Below, piece after piece: positions 50,061 to 60,591 of a DNA stretch of 64,000 nucleotides (position 1 is its first letter; each line of letters opens with the position of its first letter). The stretch comes from a virus: the IMG/VR virus record IMGVR_UViG_3300013137_002967, positions 22,113-86,112 of that record; one strand, 5' to 3'. The notes beneath the pieces were generated by a model. It did not search any database and was not told the origin of the DNA. It worked only from the letters and a program-made list of their open reading frames with translations. A program made the translations under genes and the position numbers.

Positions 50061-50870
50061 ATGAGCAAAATATTTGATTTTAAGAATTTCTTAAATAAAA
50101 TGAATGAATCAGTTGCTGAACCTAACTTAATTGAACACATAGATTATACATTACTCAATCCGGGTGCAACTGAAAATGATATATTGGCTTTATGTGAAAA
50201 GGCTAATAATCTTGGTGTAAAATCAGTTTGTGTTTTACCAAAAATGGTTAAAGTTGCAGCTGAGGCACTTTCAAATTCACCGGTATTGGTTTGTACAGTT
50301 GTAAGTTTTCCTCACGGAACAGATACAACAGAACAAAAATTATCTGAAACTAAACAAGTTATTGCTGCTGGAGCTGATGAGGTTGATATGGTGTTAGATT
50401 ATCCTAAATTGATAGAATATGTTGAGAAAGAAAAAAACAATTTCGGGTTAAGTGATTATAATTTTGTTTATGATGTTGAAACCTTAGTTGATGAATGTCA
50501 TTCTCATACTAATAAAGATGGTGATGAAATAGTTTTAAAAGTTATTGTTGAATCAAGTGAGTTGAGTGAAGAAGCTACAGAAAATGCAACTCGTATATGT
50601 ATAGAAGCTGGTGCTGATTTCATTAAAACTTCAACAGGAATGAAAACACCAAGTGATAATCCAGGTGTAGCAGAATTAAATAAGGTTCAGATAATGAGAA
50701 AAATCATAGAACAAGAAGGCTCTGATATGAAAATTAAAGCTTCTGGTGGTATAAGAACATTAGCAGACTTGAAAAAATTTGCGCCTTATGTAGATAGATT
50801 TGGTGTTGGTTTTGCATCAGTTGATTCTATATTTGGTGGTGCTGAAGGCACAGGAACTAGTAGTTATTAA
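50061..50870 (+). CDS. deoC: deoxyribose-phosphate aldolase with N-terminal extension
   Basis: IDYTLL, VCTVVSFPHG, GADEVDMV, LKVIVE, GADFIKTSTG and IKASGGIR motifs. Confidence 0.95.
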   Translation: MSKIFDFKNFLNKMNESVAEPNLIEHIDYTLLNPGATENDILALCEKANNLGVKSVCVLPKMVKVAAEALSNSPVLVCTVVSFPHGTDTTEQKLSETKQVIAAGADEVDMVLDYPKLIEYVEKEKNNFGLSDYNFVYDVETLVDECHSHTNKDGDEIVLKVIVESSELSEEATENATRICIEAGADFIKTSTGMKTPSDNPGVAELNKVQIMRKIIEQEGSDMKIKASGGIRTLADLKKFAPYVDRFGVGFASVDSIFGGAEGTGTSSY

Positions 50871-50884
50871 AAAAATATTAAATT

Positions 50885-51085
50885 ATGAAACACATAAAAG
50901 AATTTAATAAGATTAGTGAATCAGGAGATGATTATATTGATATTTTCTATTCTGATAATAAAGAAAAAATACTTGATATTTTAAATAATTATAAAGAAGG
51001 TATTTATGGTCCTGATCATGAAACATATGCGATAAAAGAAGAATATTTTGATGAAATAGCGGATGAAATTTCAAAATTATTTTAA
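50885..51085 (+). CDS. small acidic protein with N-terminal tag motif
   Basis: Starts MKHIKEFNKISES. Confidence 0.6.
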   Translation: MKHIKEFNKISESGDDYIDIFYSDNKEKILDILNNYKEGIYGPDHETYAIKEEYFDEIADEISKLF

Positions 51086-51117
51086 TAAAAAAGCCTGATT
51101 AAATCAGGCTTTTTTAT
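51085..51117. terminator. bidirectional intrinsic terminator
   Basis: ataaaaaagcctgat-taa-atcaggcttttttat. Confidence 0.85.
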
Positions 51118-51118
51118 T

Positions 51119-51379
51119 TTAAACTTCTTTTCCTTCTTCTAATATTTTTTTCTTAAAATCATAATCTATTTCATCATATAACATATTAATCATTTTAGCA
51201 CAATAGTTGAATTCTTTTATGAGTAATTCTGTATCATCTTTCATATCATAAAGATCAGTTATTTTTTCATTTAGATACACAATATCATCATCTACACCTA
51301 ATTGTCTAAAATTATTATATTGTGAGATTATACTCAATCTTTTAAGCATTTTTGGTATTTCATTAAATAATCTTGCCAT
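51119..51379 (-). CDS. hypothetical protein
   Basis: 86-aa helical ORF. Confidence 0.5.
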   Translation of the reverse strand: MARLFNEIPKMLKRLSIISQYNNFRQLGVDDDIVYLNEKITDLYDMKDDTELLIKEFNYCAKMINMLYDEIDYDFKKKILEEGKEV

Positions 51380-51395
51380 ATTTTATAAATTGTAT

Positions 51396-51719
51396 TTATC
51401 TACTAATATGTAGTTTTGAAATTTTAATTGGTTTAGTTATATCTACTACATGTATATTTGAATTAGTTTCATGAAATATTAATCCTCCAGATATTAAATC
51501 TACTTTTTTTAATCTAGATTCTATATATTTCATACCATTTTTAGAATAAAAATTTACTACAACATTTTTTAAACCTTTATCTAATTGAAACATTTTATTT
51601 GGTAAGAATATATTATTTAAATCTATAATATAATAATATTCATTTTTCAGAAACTTTAATACCAGTCCACCAATTATATATATCATCAATAGGATACATA
51701 CTATCACCAAAGCTTTCAA
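51396..51719 (-). CDS. hypothetical membrane-anchored protein
   Basis: N-terminal hydrophobic helix. Confidence 0.5.
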   Translation of the reverse strand: MKALVIVCILLMIYIIGGLVLKFLKNEYYYIIDLNNIFLPNKMFQLDKGLKNVVVNFYSKNGMKYIESRLKKVDLISGGLIFHETNSNIHVVDITKPIKISKLHISR

Positions 51720-51735
51720 AATTTTTTATCATTCT

Positions 51736-52110
51736 TCATAAATTATATTTATTTGATGTTACTTCCCAATCTTCAACATAAACATCACCACCATTAATTA
51801 ATTTTTCATGATTATATAATATTTTACCTAAGCCGGTATTATTGTAAAAATCATCAATCACATTTCTAATGTAGAAATACTGATTTTTTATTAAAAAAAC
51901 TATTGTATCTTTTTTAAAATATTCAGCATTAGTACTTGATAAATCACTTATATCTTCTATATTCCAATCATTTAAAAATTGTTCTCTTCGGACTCCTAAT
52001 TTATCTAATGCTATTAAAAATTTATCCCAGGACCCATTAATATGTAAGGTATAGTAAATTAAATTATCACCTCCTGGAATTATAAAACTTTCAAATTTTT
52101 TAATTTTCAT
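51736..52110 (-). CDS. hypothetical protein, paralog 1 (MKIKKF...KYNL family)
   Basis: YY...KFLIALDKLG...NGGDVYVEDWE..NKYNL. Confidence 0.7.
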   Translation of the reverse strand: MKIKKFESFIIPGGDNLIYYTLHINGSWDKFLIALDKLGVRREQFLNDWNIEDISDLSSTNAEYFKKDTIVFLIKNQYFYIRNVIDDFYNNTGLGKILYNHEKLINGGDVYVEDWEVTSNKYNL

Positions 52111-52475
52111 AGATTGTATTTTTTTGCTGCTAATTCATAATCAGACACAAAAACATCACCACCATTAGTATAGGTTTTTATTTCTGTATCAAAAATTCTA
52201 TCTTGAACACATATTTCATATGTATCTTGACCTAATCTATTTTTAAAGAAATCTATAAATACATAAACATAAACATTATTTGCAATAATATCTTTAATAT
52301 AAGTATTATCAAAATCATAATGACTCATAACCATCTTCTTTATTCCTAATTTATCTAAAGCAATTTCAAACTTTATAAATGAATTATCAACTTTAATTTT
52401 ATAATAAATTTTTTTATCCTCAACTTTTAGTGGTTTAAAAGTATCTGTTGATTCATTAAATTTTTTAATTTTCAT
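52107..52475 (-). CDS. hypothetical protein, paralog 2 (MKIKKF...KYNL family)
   Basis: YY...KFEIALDKLG...NGGDVFVSDYE..KKYNL. Confidence 0.7.
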   Translation of the reverse strand: MKIKKFNESTDTFKPLKVEDKKIYYKIKVDNSFIKFEIALDKLGIKKMVMSHYDFDNTYIKDIIANNVYVYVFIDFFKNRLGQDTYEICVQDRIFDTEIKTYTNGGDVFVSDYELAAKKYNL

Positions 52476-52570
52476 ATATTATACTTTTTTGTTGCTAACC
52501 AAAGGTATGGATCTTTAAGAAAATCAAAAATTTCATCTAATTTCATTTTCCAAAACAATTAGCATAATTA

Positions 52571-53473
52571 TTATAATTTTCTATTGAATACATATAAATC
52601 AAATATACTTTGATTATCTATAATTTTATTTTTAGATAAATCTGAACCTAAAAATGAACGAATACATTTATAATTACCTAATAATTTTTTACCATCAAAT
52701 ACCTTAACTTGTTTATTAATAGTACCTACTGCTCCTACAATTGTTAAATATTTATTACCAAACATACTCTTCATAATTGAAAATTTTAATGCTAAAGTAT
52801 TTGGATCCTTCATAAATCTAACGGTATCTAAATTTTTCTTATTAATAAGTAAATTTTTATAAGGTGCTTTAAAATCTATTTGAGAATTAGAATTTGTTAA
52901 TTCTATACTTATTACACCTCCAGTTGTTTTTGCTATTGTTGTTTCTTCCTCAGCTTGAATTTTTCCACCTTTTAATAAAGAATCTTGATTTCTCCTTATT
53001 TCATTAAAATCAGCTCTTGCTAATGTTTTTTCTGTCATAATTCTATCGTTCATTTTATAACCAGATGGTGGAAGCCTAAAAAAATTACCCGTAAAAGTCA
53101 TAGATACAATATTATCAGTTTTAAATAATCTCCAAACCTTTTTAGTTTCTGCTCTTTGTGAAACACTCCAACCTTCTAAATGCCACCCCCTGATTAACAT
53201 ATTTCGAGTATTTTTATTTACACCGAGAACCATAGGCTGAATAGTTCTTTCACGACCACCACGCCATTTATCCTTATCTCCTCTATAATTTATTAATATT
53301 ATAAGACCATATTTTATAGCCTTTTTCATAAGATTTTCATTAAATTTTACGGGTTTATTAATAGGAAAATCAGGAATTATATTTGGATCAATTTGTTGAG
53401 CCTCATTAATTGCTGGGCCATATATTTTTATATGTTTTGGATTGAACTTATATTCTTTATTTTCTTCGTACAT
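52571..53473 (-). CDS. WYL-domain-like protein
   Basis: AI...I.INY......R.IQP..LG......LIRGW...WRLFK.DNI. Confidence 0.7.
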   Translation of the reverse strand: MYEENKEYKFNPKHIKIYGPAINEAQQIDPNIIPDFPINKPVKFNENLMKKAIKYGLIILINYRGDKDKWRGGRERTIQPMVLGVNKNTRNMLIRGWHLEGWSVSQRAETKKVWRLFKTDNIVSMTFTGNFFRLPPSGYKMNDRIMTEKTLARADFNEIRRNQDSLLKGGKIQAEEETTIAKTTGGVISIELTNSNSQIDFKAPYKNLLINKKNLDTVRFMKDPNTLALKFSIMKSMFGNKYLTIVGAVGTINKQVKVFDGKKLLGNYKCIRSFLGSDLSKNKIIDNQSIFDLYVFNRKL

Positions 53474-53890
53474 AATTAAATTTTAAATTTCCAGAATCGT
53501 ATATTCTATATATTTTTTTTCTAACATAATTTCATGCTCAGTCTTATTTTTATCATGACCTTCTCTAACCAATTTATCTTTTCTAAAATTAAATCTATGC
53601 TTTCTAATACCATCAATAATATAATAATAATTTGGTTCAGTTTTACTAATAAATTCAAATCCTAATTGTTTATATAAATTACCTTGACTAAAACTTCTAT
53701 CTGCATATGTAGTTATTTCATCTGGATTATACATTTTGATGAAATATTCAAATAATTTAGAAGCACCACCAATTATATTAGAATTTAATTTGTTACAAAA
53801 TCTTAAGAGTTCATATTCATTTTGTTTTGTTGATTTTTTACACATAGCGGTAGTATTTATTCTTATACATACTTTTTTTGTAATTAACAT
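53458..53890 (-). pseudogene. remnant of a Hef-like homing endonuclease (C-terminal part)
   Basis: YELLRFC.KL...IIGGASKL, YADR...G.LY..LGF, HRFNFRK; the RIYDSG tail is shifted out of frame at an A8 run. Confidence 0.7.
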
Positions 53891-53998
53891 CGTATATAAC
53901 TACTTAATTTTCATTTATTTATAAAAACATGCAAGATCTTGATAATATATAATAAATAATATTTTCTCCCCCCCGAATTTTTGATTTTCTTGTATATA

Positions 53999-54697
53999 TT
54001 AAAACTTTTTTATCGTTTCTTTAAGAAAGATTGAATCTATCACATCATCTAATGGTTTAGGAACTTCTTTATTTTTGCTGATAGAATCAATATTTAATTT
54101 AATCCAATCCTTTATATCCATATCTATATTACTATCAATAAAGGCATAAAGCATATCCCATTTATCAAATTTGATAGCAGATTTACCATATTTATTTTCA
54201 TAGTGTAATATTGATTTCACTTTCTTTTTACCTGTTAATTCTATTCTAGGTAGATAAATCATCTTACACACTTCAGTTTTTAATGTCATTGGAGATATAA
54301 TTATAATATCATTTTCATTTTTTATTTTCTTTAAGAGTTTATTTTTAAGAGTTGTTGTGAATTCTATAAGATCAAATATAGGTCCTCTTGAATTGTATGA
54401 ATAACCTTCTATAGCAATTCTTATTTTATCTTTTTTATTATAATTATCAAAAATATCTTTAACAATCATATCAGTAATCTTATCAAATTCAATTAGTTTT
54501 AATATTTCAGATTTACTATAATCCGTTTCCAAATCATAATTATATACTATATTTCTATAGTTAATAAAATTACTGGTACATTTTAGCCAGTTATTATTAT
54601 TCTTTTTAGTTGTATAACTGTATATTTTCACCTCGTCATTTTTTTCAATACAGAGTGCGGTTGAAATTTTAGAAACATCTAAACCTATAAATATCAT
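53999..54697 (-). CDS. RuvC-like Holliday junction resolvase
   Basis: FIGLDVS...TALC, IAIEGYSY, P.TLK, DK..M and DDVIDS motifs. Confidence 0.8.
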   Translation of the reverse strand: MIFIGLDVSKISTALCIEKNDEVKIYSYTTKKNNNNWLKCTSNFINYRNIVYNYDLETDYSKSEILKLIEFDKITDMIVKDIFDNYNKKDKIRIAIEGYSYNSRGPIFDLIEFTTTLKNKLLKKIKNENDIIIISPMTLKTEVCKMIYLPRIELTGKKKVKSILHYENKYGKSAIKFDKWDMLYAFIDSNIDMDIKDWIKLNIDSISKNKEVPKPLDDVIDSIFLKETIKKF

Positions 54698-54754
54698 TAA
54701 ACTGTTTTTAATTTTTTTTATATATAAAGAAAAAAGAGTTCTATAAATATTGAA

Positions 54755-54976
54755 ATGAATGAAGGTTTTAATATCATATATGCTAAGAAAATGAGCAGAC
54801 CAAAAAACATTTACTTAGAGAATAGAATTAATGTGATTAATTTTATGATTGAATATAATGATGATATTGATTTTCTTTCTATAAATGAAGTTATTATAGA
54901 TAAAAATAAATTAATCAATGATAATAAATTATTATCTAGAATTATTAAAATGAAGAAAATAAATAATATTACATGA
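54755..54976 (+). CDS. hypothetical protein with C-terminal RxxKMxxI motif
   Basis: Ends LSRIIKMKKI. Confidence 0.5.
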   Translation: MNEGFNIIYAKKMSRPKNIYLENRINVINFMIEYNDDIDFLSINEVIIDKNKLINDNKLLSRIIKMKKINNIT

Positions 54977-55332
54977 CGTATGATGGTGTTGTTATAAGAT
55001 TAAATGAATTATTATATTTATTTCTACTAGATCCCGATAGTAATAAGATTAGAGATGGTATCAATATATCTGAGCATGATTGTTATAAAGATCTGCGACA
55101 AAATCAATTAATGGTTGTTGGTGTAATCTTTAAAGATGGTACGCAGAATATAGATAAGATTGATTTAGATGAATTTATATATGGTGAAGATTATGGTAGA
55201 TATGATACTTTTCTTTATATTCATGATGTTTCCTTATATTCTATTGTAGAATCAATGAAATTAGAAGAATTGATAGAAAAAGGTGAATTGAATGATATTG
55301 CAATAGAATGTATTAACAATTCAAAACAATAA
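54973..55332 (+). CDS. hypothetical protein
   Basis: 119-aa acidic ORF. Confidence 0.55.
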   Translation: MTYDGVVIRLNELLYLFLLDPDSNKIRDGINISEHDCYKDLRQNQLMVVGVIFKDGTQNIDKIDLDEFIYGEDYGRYDTFLYIHDVSLYSIVESMKLEELIEKGELNDIAIECINNSKQ

Positions 55333-55337
55333 AAGAT

Positions 55338-55637
55338 ATGAAAAAATTTTTAATCGTAGAGAGTTTACAAAGATTAAGAGATAAAAAATATGATGATAAC
55401 ATCACAAGTTCTATAAATAAATTACTAGAAAATTATAGTGAAGATCAACTCAGAATTTTATTACAATATAGAGGTATAAAAATAGATAATAATTTAATTA
55501 ATTTATTTTTCATTGAAAATGTTGGATTCAGATGTATAAATGAAAAAGAGAATGTTTACGGTAAATTACCTATATGTAATAATATTGAGAAATATATGAA
55601 TAAATTGTATCTTGATTCATTTGAAGATCAAGAGTAG
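55338..55637 (+). CDS. hypothetical protein
   Basis: 99-aa ORF. Confidence 0.55.
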   Translation: MKKFLIVESLQRLRDKKYDDNITSSINKLLENYSEDQLRILLQYRGIKIDNNLINLFFIENVGFRCINEKENVYGKLPICNNIEKYMNKLYLDSFEDQE

Positions 55638-55948
55638 TTTGCCCTGGCAAATAGATTATCTCCTATACCTAATCCTATACCTAAAGAGCAATCTCCACTC
55701 ACTGGATCATTTATACCGATTAAACAATCAGGAATAAACTCTACCTGTGGCATATTCGGATCAATGTAATATCTTAATCTTTCTTTTTTTTGTTTTTTCT
55801 CAATTTGATTAACATTACCAGATTCATCAACAAATACATAGATATTTTTAGTTTCGCCACTCAAGACAACGCTACTGATTGGGTATGTGTAACCACTAGA
55901 TACATTTTCAGTATTAACAACATTCGCAGGTCTACTTAATCTTCCCAT
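55628..55948 (-). CDS. hypothetical protein, probably structural
   Basis: Directly follows the 1411-aa structural gene. Confidence 0.55.
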   Translation of the reverse strand: MGRLSRPANVVNTENVSSGYTYPISSVVLSGETKNIYVFVDESGNVNQIEKKQKKERLRYYIDPNMPQVEFIPDCLIGINDPVSGDCSLGIGLGIGDNLFARANYS

Positions 55949-55960
55949 ATACCTATATAT

Positions 55961-58900
55961 TTATTTTTGAATAGAACTATTTGATGATATTTGTGAAATA
56001 TAAGTATTGTTTAAAGTATTCACTTTTACAATAGTTTCTATTGGTGTTGATATCACAGTACTATCAGTTACAATATCTACACCAACCCATTTCTTAGGTT
56101 CATTGCTAATATAATTAGTTGTTTGCCAATATTTCATCTGATGTAAATCAAAATTATGATTTACTATCCACCAATTTCTAGGTTCATCATAATAAAATAA
56201 TTTATTATTAACATATCCTAATCCACTTCCATCATTGTCATAGGTTGTAGTCTCAATATAAATATAAGGATCTACATATTTATTAATATTAAAACTAAAT
56301 GGTTTTAAATCATTCTTATTTATTTTTAAATATTGTACAGGTACAAGTGTATCAGTTGGATTTAATATAGTTGAACCGGAAAGATAGAAAGTCTTTATTT
56401 TTGCAGTGAAATGAACTGGTACGTCATTATTATCAATGGTAGTTCCGGTTGCACCAGACATAGTGTAAAAATTAACCGTTATCAAATAATCTGAACCGAA
56501 ATTTAGGGTTGCCGTATAAGTGAAATTGACTACCGTTGAATCTCTCTCAACGACTGATTTAATAGTCTGATTTGATTCATCATACTCTTGATAAAATGTA
56601 CCATTTGAATCAGCTACACCTGTAATATCTAATAAATTAGCAGAAACTGGTATAATATTTTTTCTTAACCAATTCTTTAATTTTGTCAATTTATATTGAA
56701 CTTCATCTAATGAGTAAATTAAAACATTATCACCATCTTCATTTGTAATTTTATATGCCAAATTAAATAAATTTGTCTTCTTCCAAGAATATTGATTTTG
56801 ATATTTACCTCCAATAAAATCCATTTCATTCCAACCTTCAACAGTATTATCAAAAATATCCGGAATTAAAACTTTGTGTAATTTACCATAAAGTGGAGAT
56901 GATTGATCTATATTTCTATAATATTCATATAATTGTAAATCATTATATCCAAAATAATTAATAGCATTAACTAATGATTTATATGAACCTATATAATCAT
57001 AAATTTCTCTAAATGTAGTTAACATTTCTTTTCGTTTTCTATTAAATAAAGTGTAATCAATAGCATTATCTTGTATATCAGATTGATATAATATTTGATA
57101 AACATCTTCTTCAGATTGTACACCTAAATTATTAAGATTAACTTTATATCTAATATCTTCTATTTCTGTTTGTCCGTACATTGGACAATAAAGTATATCT
57201 TTTGGTTGAACTTCTAATTTAAAGAAATACGTAGTACCAGTAGAATTAAAATAAGTAAATCCAGTTGCGTATGTTATACCACTATCATAAGTATCTTGAT
57301 TATATGTATAACCAGTATCAATTATGATTTTAGTTCTAGAAACATCTTGAATTTTATAGTTGTAATAATTTTCAAATATTTTCTGATTCGTTTCGTTTTG
57401 ATCCTTAAAGGTTATTTTAATGATTTGATCTTTCTTAAATCCATAAGATATAAAATTAAAATCTATAGGTGCTTGATAATTTAATGTATATCCACTTAGT
57501 ATAAAATTGGGGGTCGAAATTGATGAACCTGAATTTGTATATCCACTATATGAAAAATAATTGTCATTATTTTGTTGTTTTTCAATTTTCTCAATTTTTA
57601 ATATTCTAGTATTCACTCCTTCATTTGGTGAATTATATCCAATAAAGATTTCTAATGGTTCAGGTATCCAGTTATAACTTTCAGATGAATCTAATTGCTC
57701 CAATTTAAAAATTAATTCATCAAATACAGTTTGTTGATACTTAGGATTATTCACCCGTGTGTAATCTTTATTAGGTTCGGTATTTAAAAAAACAACATTA
57801 TTGGTTGTACTATCAATTAGAGGTTTTTGACCAGTGTAAGTCAATAGAGAATTATTATTATATGGTGTTAATTGATCTCCGGTTATATCATAGAAAAATA
57901 TAGACTCATCCAGGCTATTATCATATGGTAAGCTCCAATAAGCTCTTAAATATATATCCTTCTCATATTCACCTCTGGGTTTTCTAATAAATTCTCTAGT
58001 TGAAAAATAGATAGAGACATCATTTTCACTTTCAAATACACCTTGATATGATAAGCCTATTATATCCTGAGTTAAACTAATTATATTATATTCCTTATTA
58101 TTTTGACTATATGTACTTCCAGTAAGTTTTATTAACATACCTGTTGATAAACCAAAATTAAACAAATTGTTAGTACTATGTATTTCATTACCACTCAATA
58201 ATATAGCTCTATTTCTTTGATGTTCGATTATTTGATAAGTTGATAAAATATTAACCATTATATTCAAATTCCAAATATCAACATCAGTACTTATAACTAA
58301 GGTGTAACCTGAGTAGTTTGAACTATATTCACTATTGATAATAAAACCATTATTTTCAAATATTGTATAATAGGTATCTATAAAACTATTTATAGTGTTG
58401 ATTGTATCAGCTGAGTAACTAATATAATATTGGTTTCCATTAAGAGTTAATCTAAATCCAAATCTATCAGTATCATTATTCAAATTAAATAAAATTTCAG
58501 AACTAACTTCTGATTTGTATAAATCTTCATCTGATCTATTTGTATATTCATTATATAATTTCTCATTTGTGATTATGTTATATTTTTGAGTTAAACCATT
58601 TATTGATAAAGAAAAGTTATCTGTAATTTTAACACCATTCGTATAACCAGATACACTAAAATAATTTGTATATGAACCATATAAACTTTCAATAGATAAA
58701 TAATCTATACTACTTCTAAGTGTATGATAGATATCTATACCATATTGATATAACGTTGATTTATATTTATCTACAAAAGCATCAATAGTATTAGAATTTA
58801 CACTATTAGTCACACCAGTAACATAATATTGAGAGAAATTTAGAATATTTGATGTTAAGTAACAATAAGCATTTTTTATTACTATATTATTAAATGCTGT

Positions 58901-60196
58901 AACGTTGCCGCTTGGTGTTACTTTAATTTTTGTTATTTGATTAGATGATAGTTTCTTCTTTATTAAATAGTAACTATTTTCTTCGTCAATAACATAGTCA
59001 GGTGTAAATAAAATAGTAGTGTTAGTTGCACTATTATATACAACATTACTTATATTAAATTCTCTATTATGCATATATAAAGTACTACCAGATATACCAC
59101 TTAATTGTAAGGTATCTCCTATATTAATGTCTATTGTATCACTGAGGTAGATAACATTCCATTGATTTTTAAAATAAAGTTTATCATATTTATAATATTG
59201 ATAATCATCTGATTGTTGATAGTATTGTTTAAATATTAATTTTTTTGTTGATATATCTTTTGTATCAACTAATGAATCAACAATAAATGTGTAACCACTA
59301 TATAATTTATTACCGAGATAATCCTCAAATATAATCTCATTTTTCTGTAATGTTGGACCACTAACAGTATAAATAGTTTCTGGTGATAGTAATCTGGCAT
59401 ATTTTCCAACATCTATATAATAGTTATAGATTTCTTCTGTTAGAACAACATCATTCTGTAATATCTTTGGTCTTTCGGTTAATAGACCAATTTTTAGTGT
59501 GAATATTTGATCTTTGAAGCCATTTAATTGTAATTCATTTAAATATGAATTGGTCATACCACTTTGTTTTACACTTACAATAGCATCATTAAGATCTGAA
59601 TTAATAATAGAGAATTTTTTATCACTATATAAATTTTGAAAAAAATAAGTATTTCCTGATAGATTTCTATTATAATCATTAATAGAAATCATATTGAGTG
59701 AATTTACAGTACCACCTGAAATATAGGTGTAATTAAATGTACTATTATCAGTTCTAGTTAATATTAGAAAAGCGTTCTTTTTAACTGTTAAAACTGTGAA
59801 AAATTGATTGTCATTAAAATCAGCGTGTGTTATACCAGAGAATTGAATTATGGTACCAACAGGAAATTTTCTATGAAAGTTATCACCGAATATCCATTTA
59901 GAATAAAAAGAATCAGACTCGTTTACCTTTAATATATTTGTTATTATTTCATCACTAAAATCAGTTTCACTAGTAATAGTCAACCCGCTATTATTATTAT
60001 ATTCTAATTGTAATAAATCAACATCAATTTGAAATTCTATTGGTTCAACATTTTCGAATATGTGTAAACTTTGTGTTTTGAATGTCTGATCCGAATTTTC
60101 ATCAAAAATTATTTTTCCTTCCCAGCATTCCGTATTATCATTATATTGAAAATTATGTGGATACCCCTTATTATTAAAAAATAGTAAATTATTCAC
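55961..60196 (-). CDS. large virion structural protein, baseplate-wedge-like
   Basis: 1411 aa, N/T/S/G-rich beta character; YIGSYKSL.NAI.YFGY segment typical of phage baseplate proteins; TATATA motif upstream. Confidence 0.6.
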   Translation of the reverse strand: MNNLLFFNNKGYPHNFQYNDNTECWEGKIIFDENSDQTFKTQSLHIFENVEPIEFQIDVDLLQLEYNNNSGLTITSETDFSDEIITNILKVNESDSFYSKWIFGDNFHRKFPVGTIIQFSGITHADFNDNQFFTVLTVKKNAFLILTRTDNSTFNYTYISGGTVNSLNMISINDYNRNLSGNTYFFQNLYSDKKFSIINSDLNDAIVSVKQSGMTNSYLNELQLNGFKDQIFTLKIGLLTERPKILQNDVVLTEEIYNYYIDVGKYARLLSPETIYTVSGPTLQKNEIIFEDYLGNKLYSGYTFIVDSLVDTKDISTKKLIFKQYYQQSDDYQYYKYDKLYFKNQWNVIYLSDTIDINIGDTLQLSGISGSTLYMHNREFNISNVVYNSATNTTILFTPDYVIDEENSYYLIKKKLSSNQITKIKVTPSGNVTAFNNIVIKNAYCYLTSNILNFSQYYVTGVTNSVNSNTIDAFVDKYKSTLYQYGIDIYHTLRSSIDYLSIESLYGSYTNYFSVSGYTNGVKITDNFSLSINGLTQKYNIITNEKLYNEYTNRSDEDLYKSEVSSEILFNLNNDTDRFGFRLTLNGNQYYISYSADTINTINSFIDTYYTIFENNGFIINSEYSSNYSGYTLVISTDVDIWNLNIMVNILSTYQIIEHQRNRAILLSGNEIHSTNNLFNFGLSTGMLIKLTGSTYSQNNKEYNIISLTQDIIGLSYQGVFESENDVSIYFSTREFIRKPRGEYEKDIYLRAYWSLPYDNSLDESIFFYDITGDQLTPYNNNSLLTYTGQKPLIDSTTNNVVFLNTEPNKDYTRVNNPKYQQTVFDELIFKLEQLDSSESYNWIPEPLEIFIGYNSPNEGVNTRILKIEKIEKQQNNDNYFSYSGYTNSGSSISTPNFILSGYTLNYQAPIDFNFISYGFKKDQIIKITFKDQNETNQKIFENYYNYKIQDVSRTKIIIDTGYTYNQDTYDSGITYATGFTYFNSTGTTYFFKLEVQPKDILYCPMYGQTEIEDIRYKVNLNNLGVQSEEDVYQILYQSDIQDNAIDYTLFNRKRKEMLTTFREIYDYIGSYKSLVNAINYFGYNDLQLYEYYRNIDQSSPLYGKLHKVLIPDIFDNTVEGWNEMDFIGGKYQNQYSWKKTNLFNLAYKITNEDGDNVLIYSLDEVQYKLTKLKNWLRKNIIPVSANLLDITGVADSNGTFYQEYDESNQTIKSVVERDSTVVNFTYTATLNFGSDYLITVNFYTMSGATGTTIDNNDVPVHFTAKIKTFYLSGSTILNPTDTLVPVQYLKINKNDLKPFSFNINKYVDPYIYIETTTYDNDGSGLGYVNNKLFYYDEPRNWWIVNHNFDLHQMKYWQTTNYISNEPKKWVGVDIVTDSTVISTPIETIVKVNTLNNTYISQISSNSSIQK

Positions 60197-60308
60197 TAAA
60201 AAATATTTTTTCTTATATATATAAAAAATATAATTGCTTCTGAATAATCCATATTACATTTATAAACTTTTATATTAAAAATAAATATATTAAGAAAAAA
60301 ATGTAATT

Positions 60309-60575
60309 ATGGAGATTAATCTAAAGGATAATATATTTTTCAAACCATATAATAATAAAATTAGATTAAATGAAGATATAGTAAATTTTATTTTAGATGA
60401 TAAAATAGACAAAGTGCTATTTAAAGGTGAACCTAATGACATTAATTATAAACTATTAAAAAAAGTAATTCCACTATCTGGAACTAATTCTGAACCAGAA
60501 TTAGTTCGAAAAAAATATCAGAATATATTAGAAATTTGCGACAATTCTCCCTATTGTATCATATACAGAAAGTAA
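60309..60575 (+). CDS. hypothetical protein
   Basis: 88-aa ORF after an AAACTT-N15-ATATA motif. Confidence 0.55.
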   Translation: MEINLKDNIFFKPYNNKIRLNEDIVNFILDDKIDKVLFKGEPNDINYKLLKKVIPLSGTNSEPELVRKKYQNILEICDNSPYCIIYRK

Positions 60576-60591
60576 AGAAAAAAGTTCAGAT

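Noticed and set aside
53965-53976. C7 run, with similar ctcccc at 45439-45444
   Set aside because: Unusual in AT-rich DNA, but only two loosely similar sites with no consistent spacing to starts
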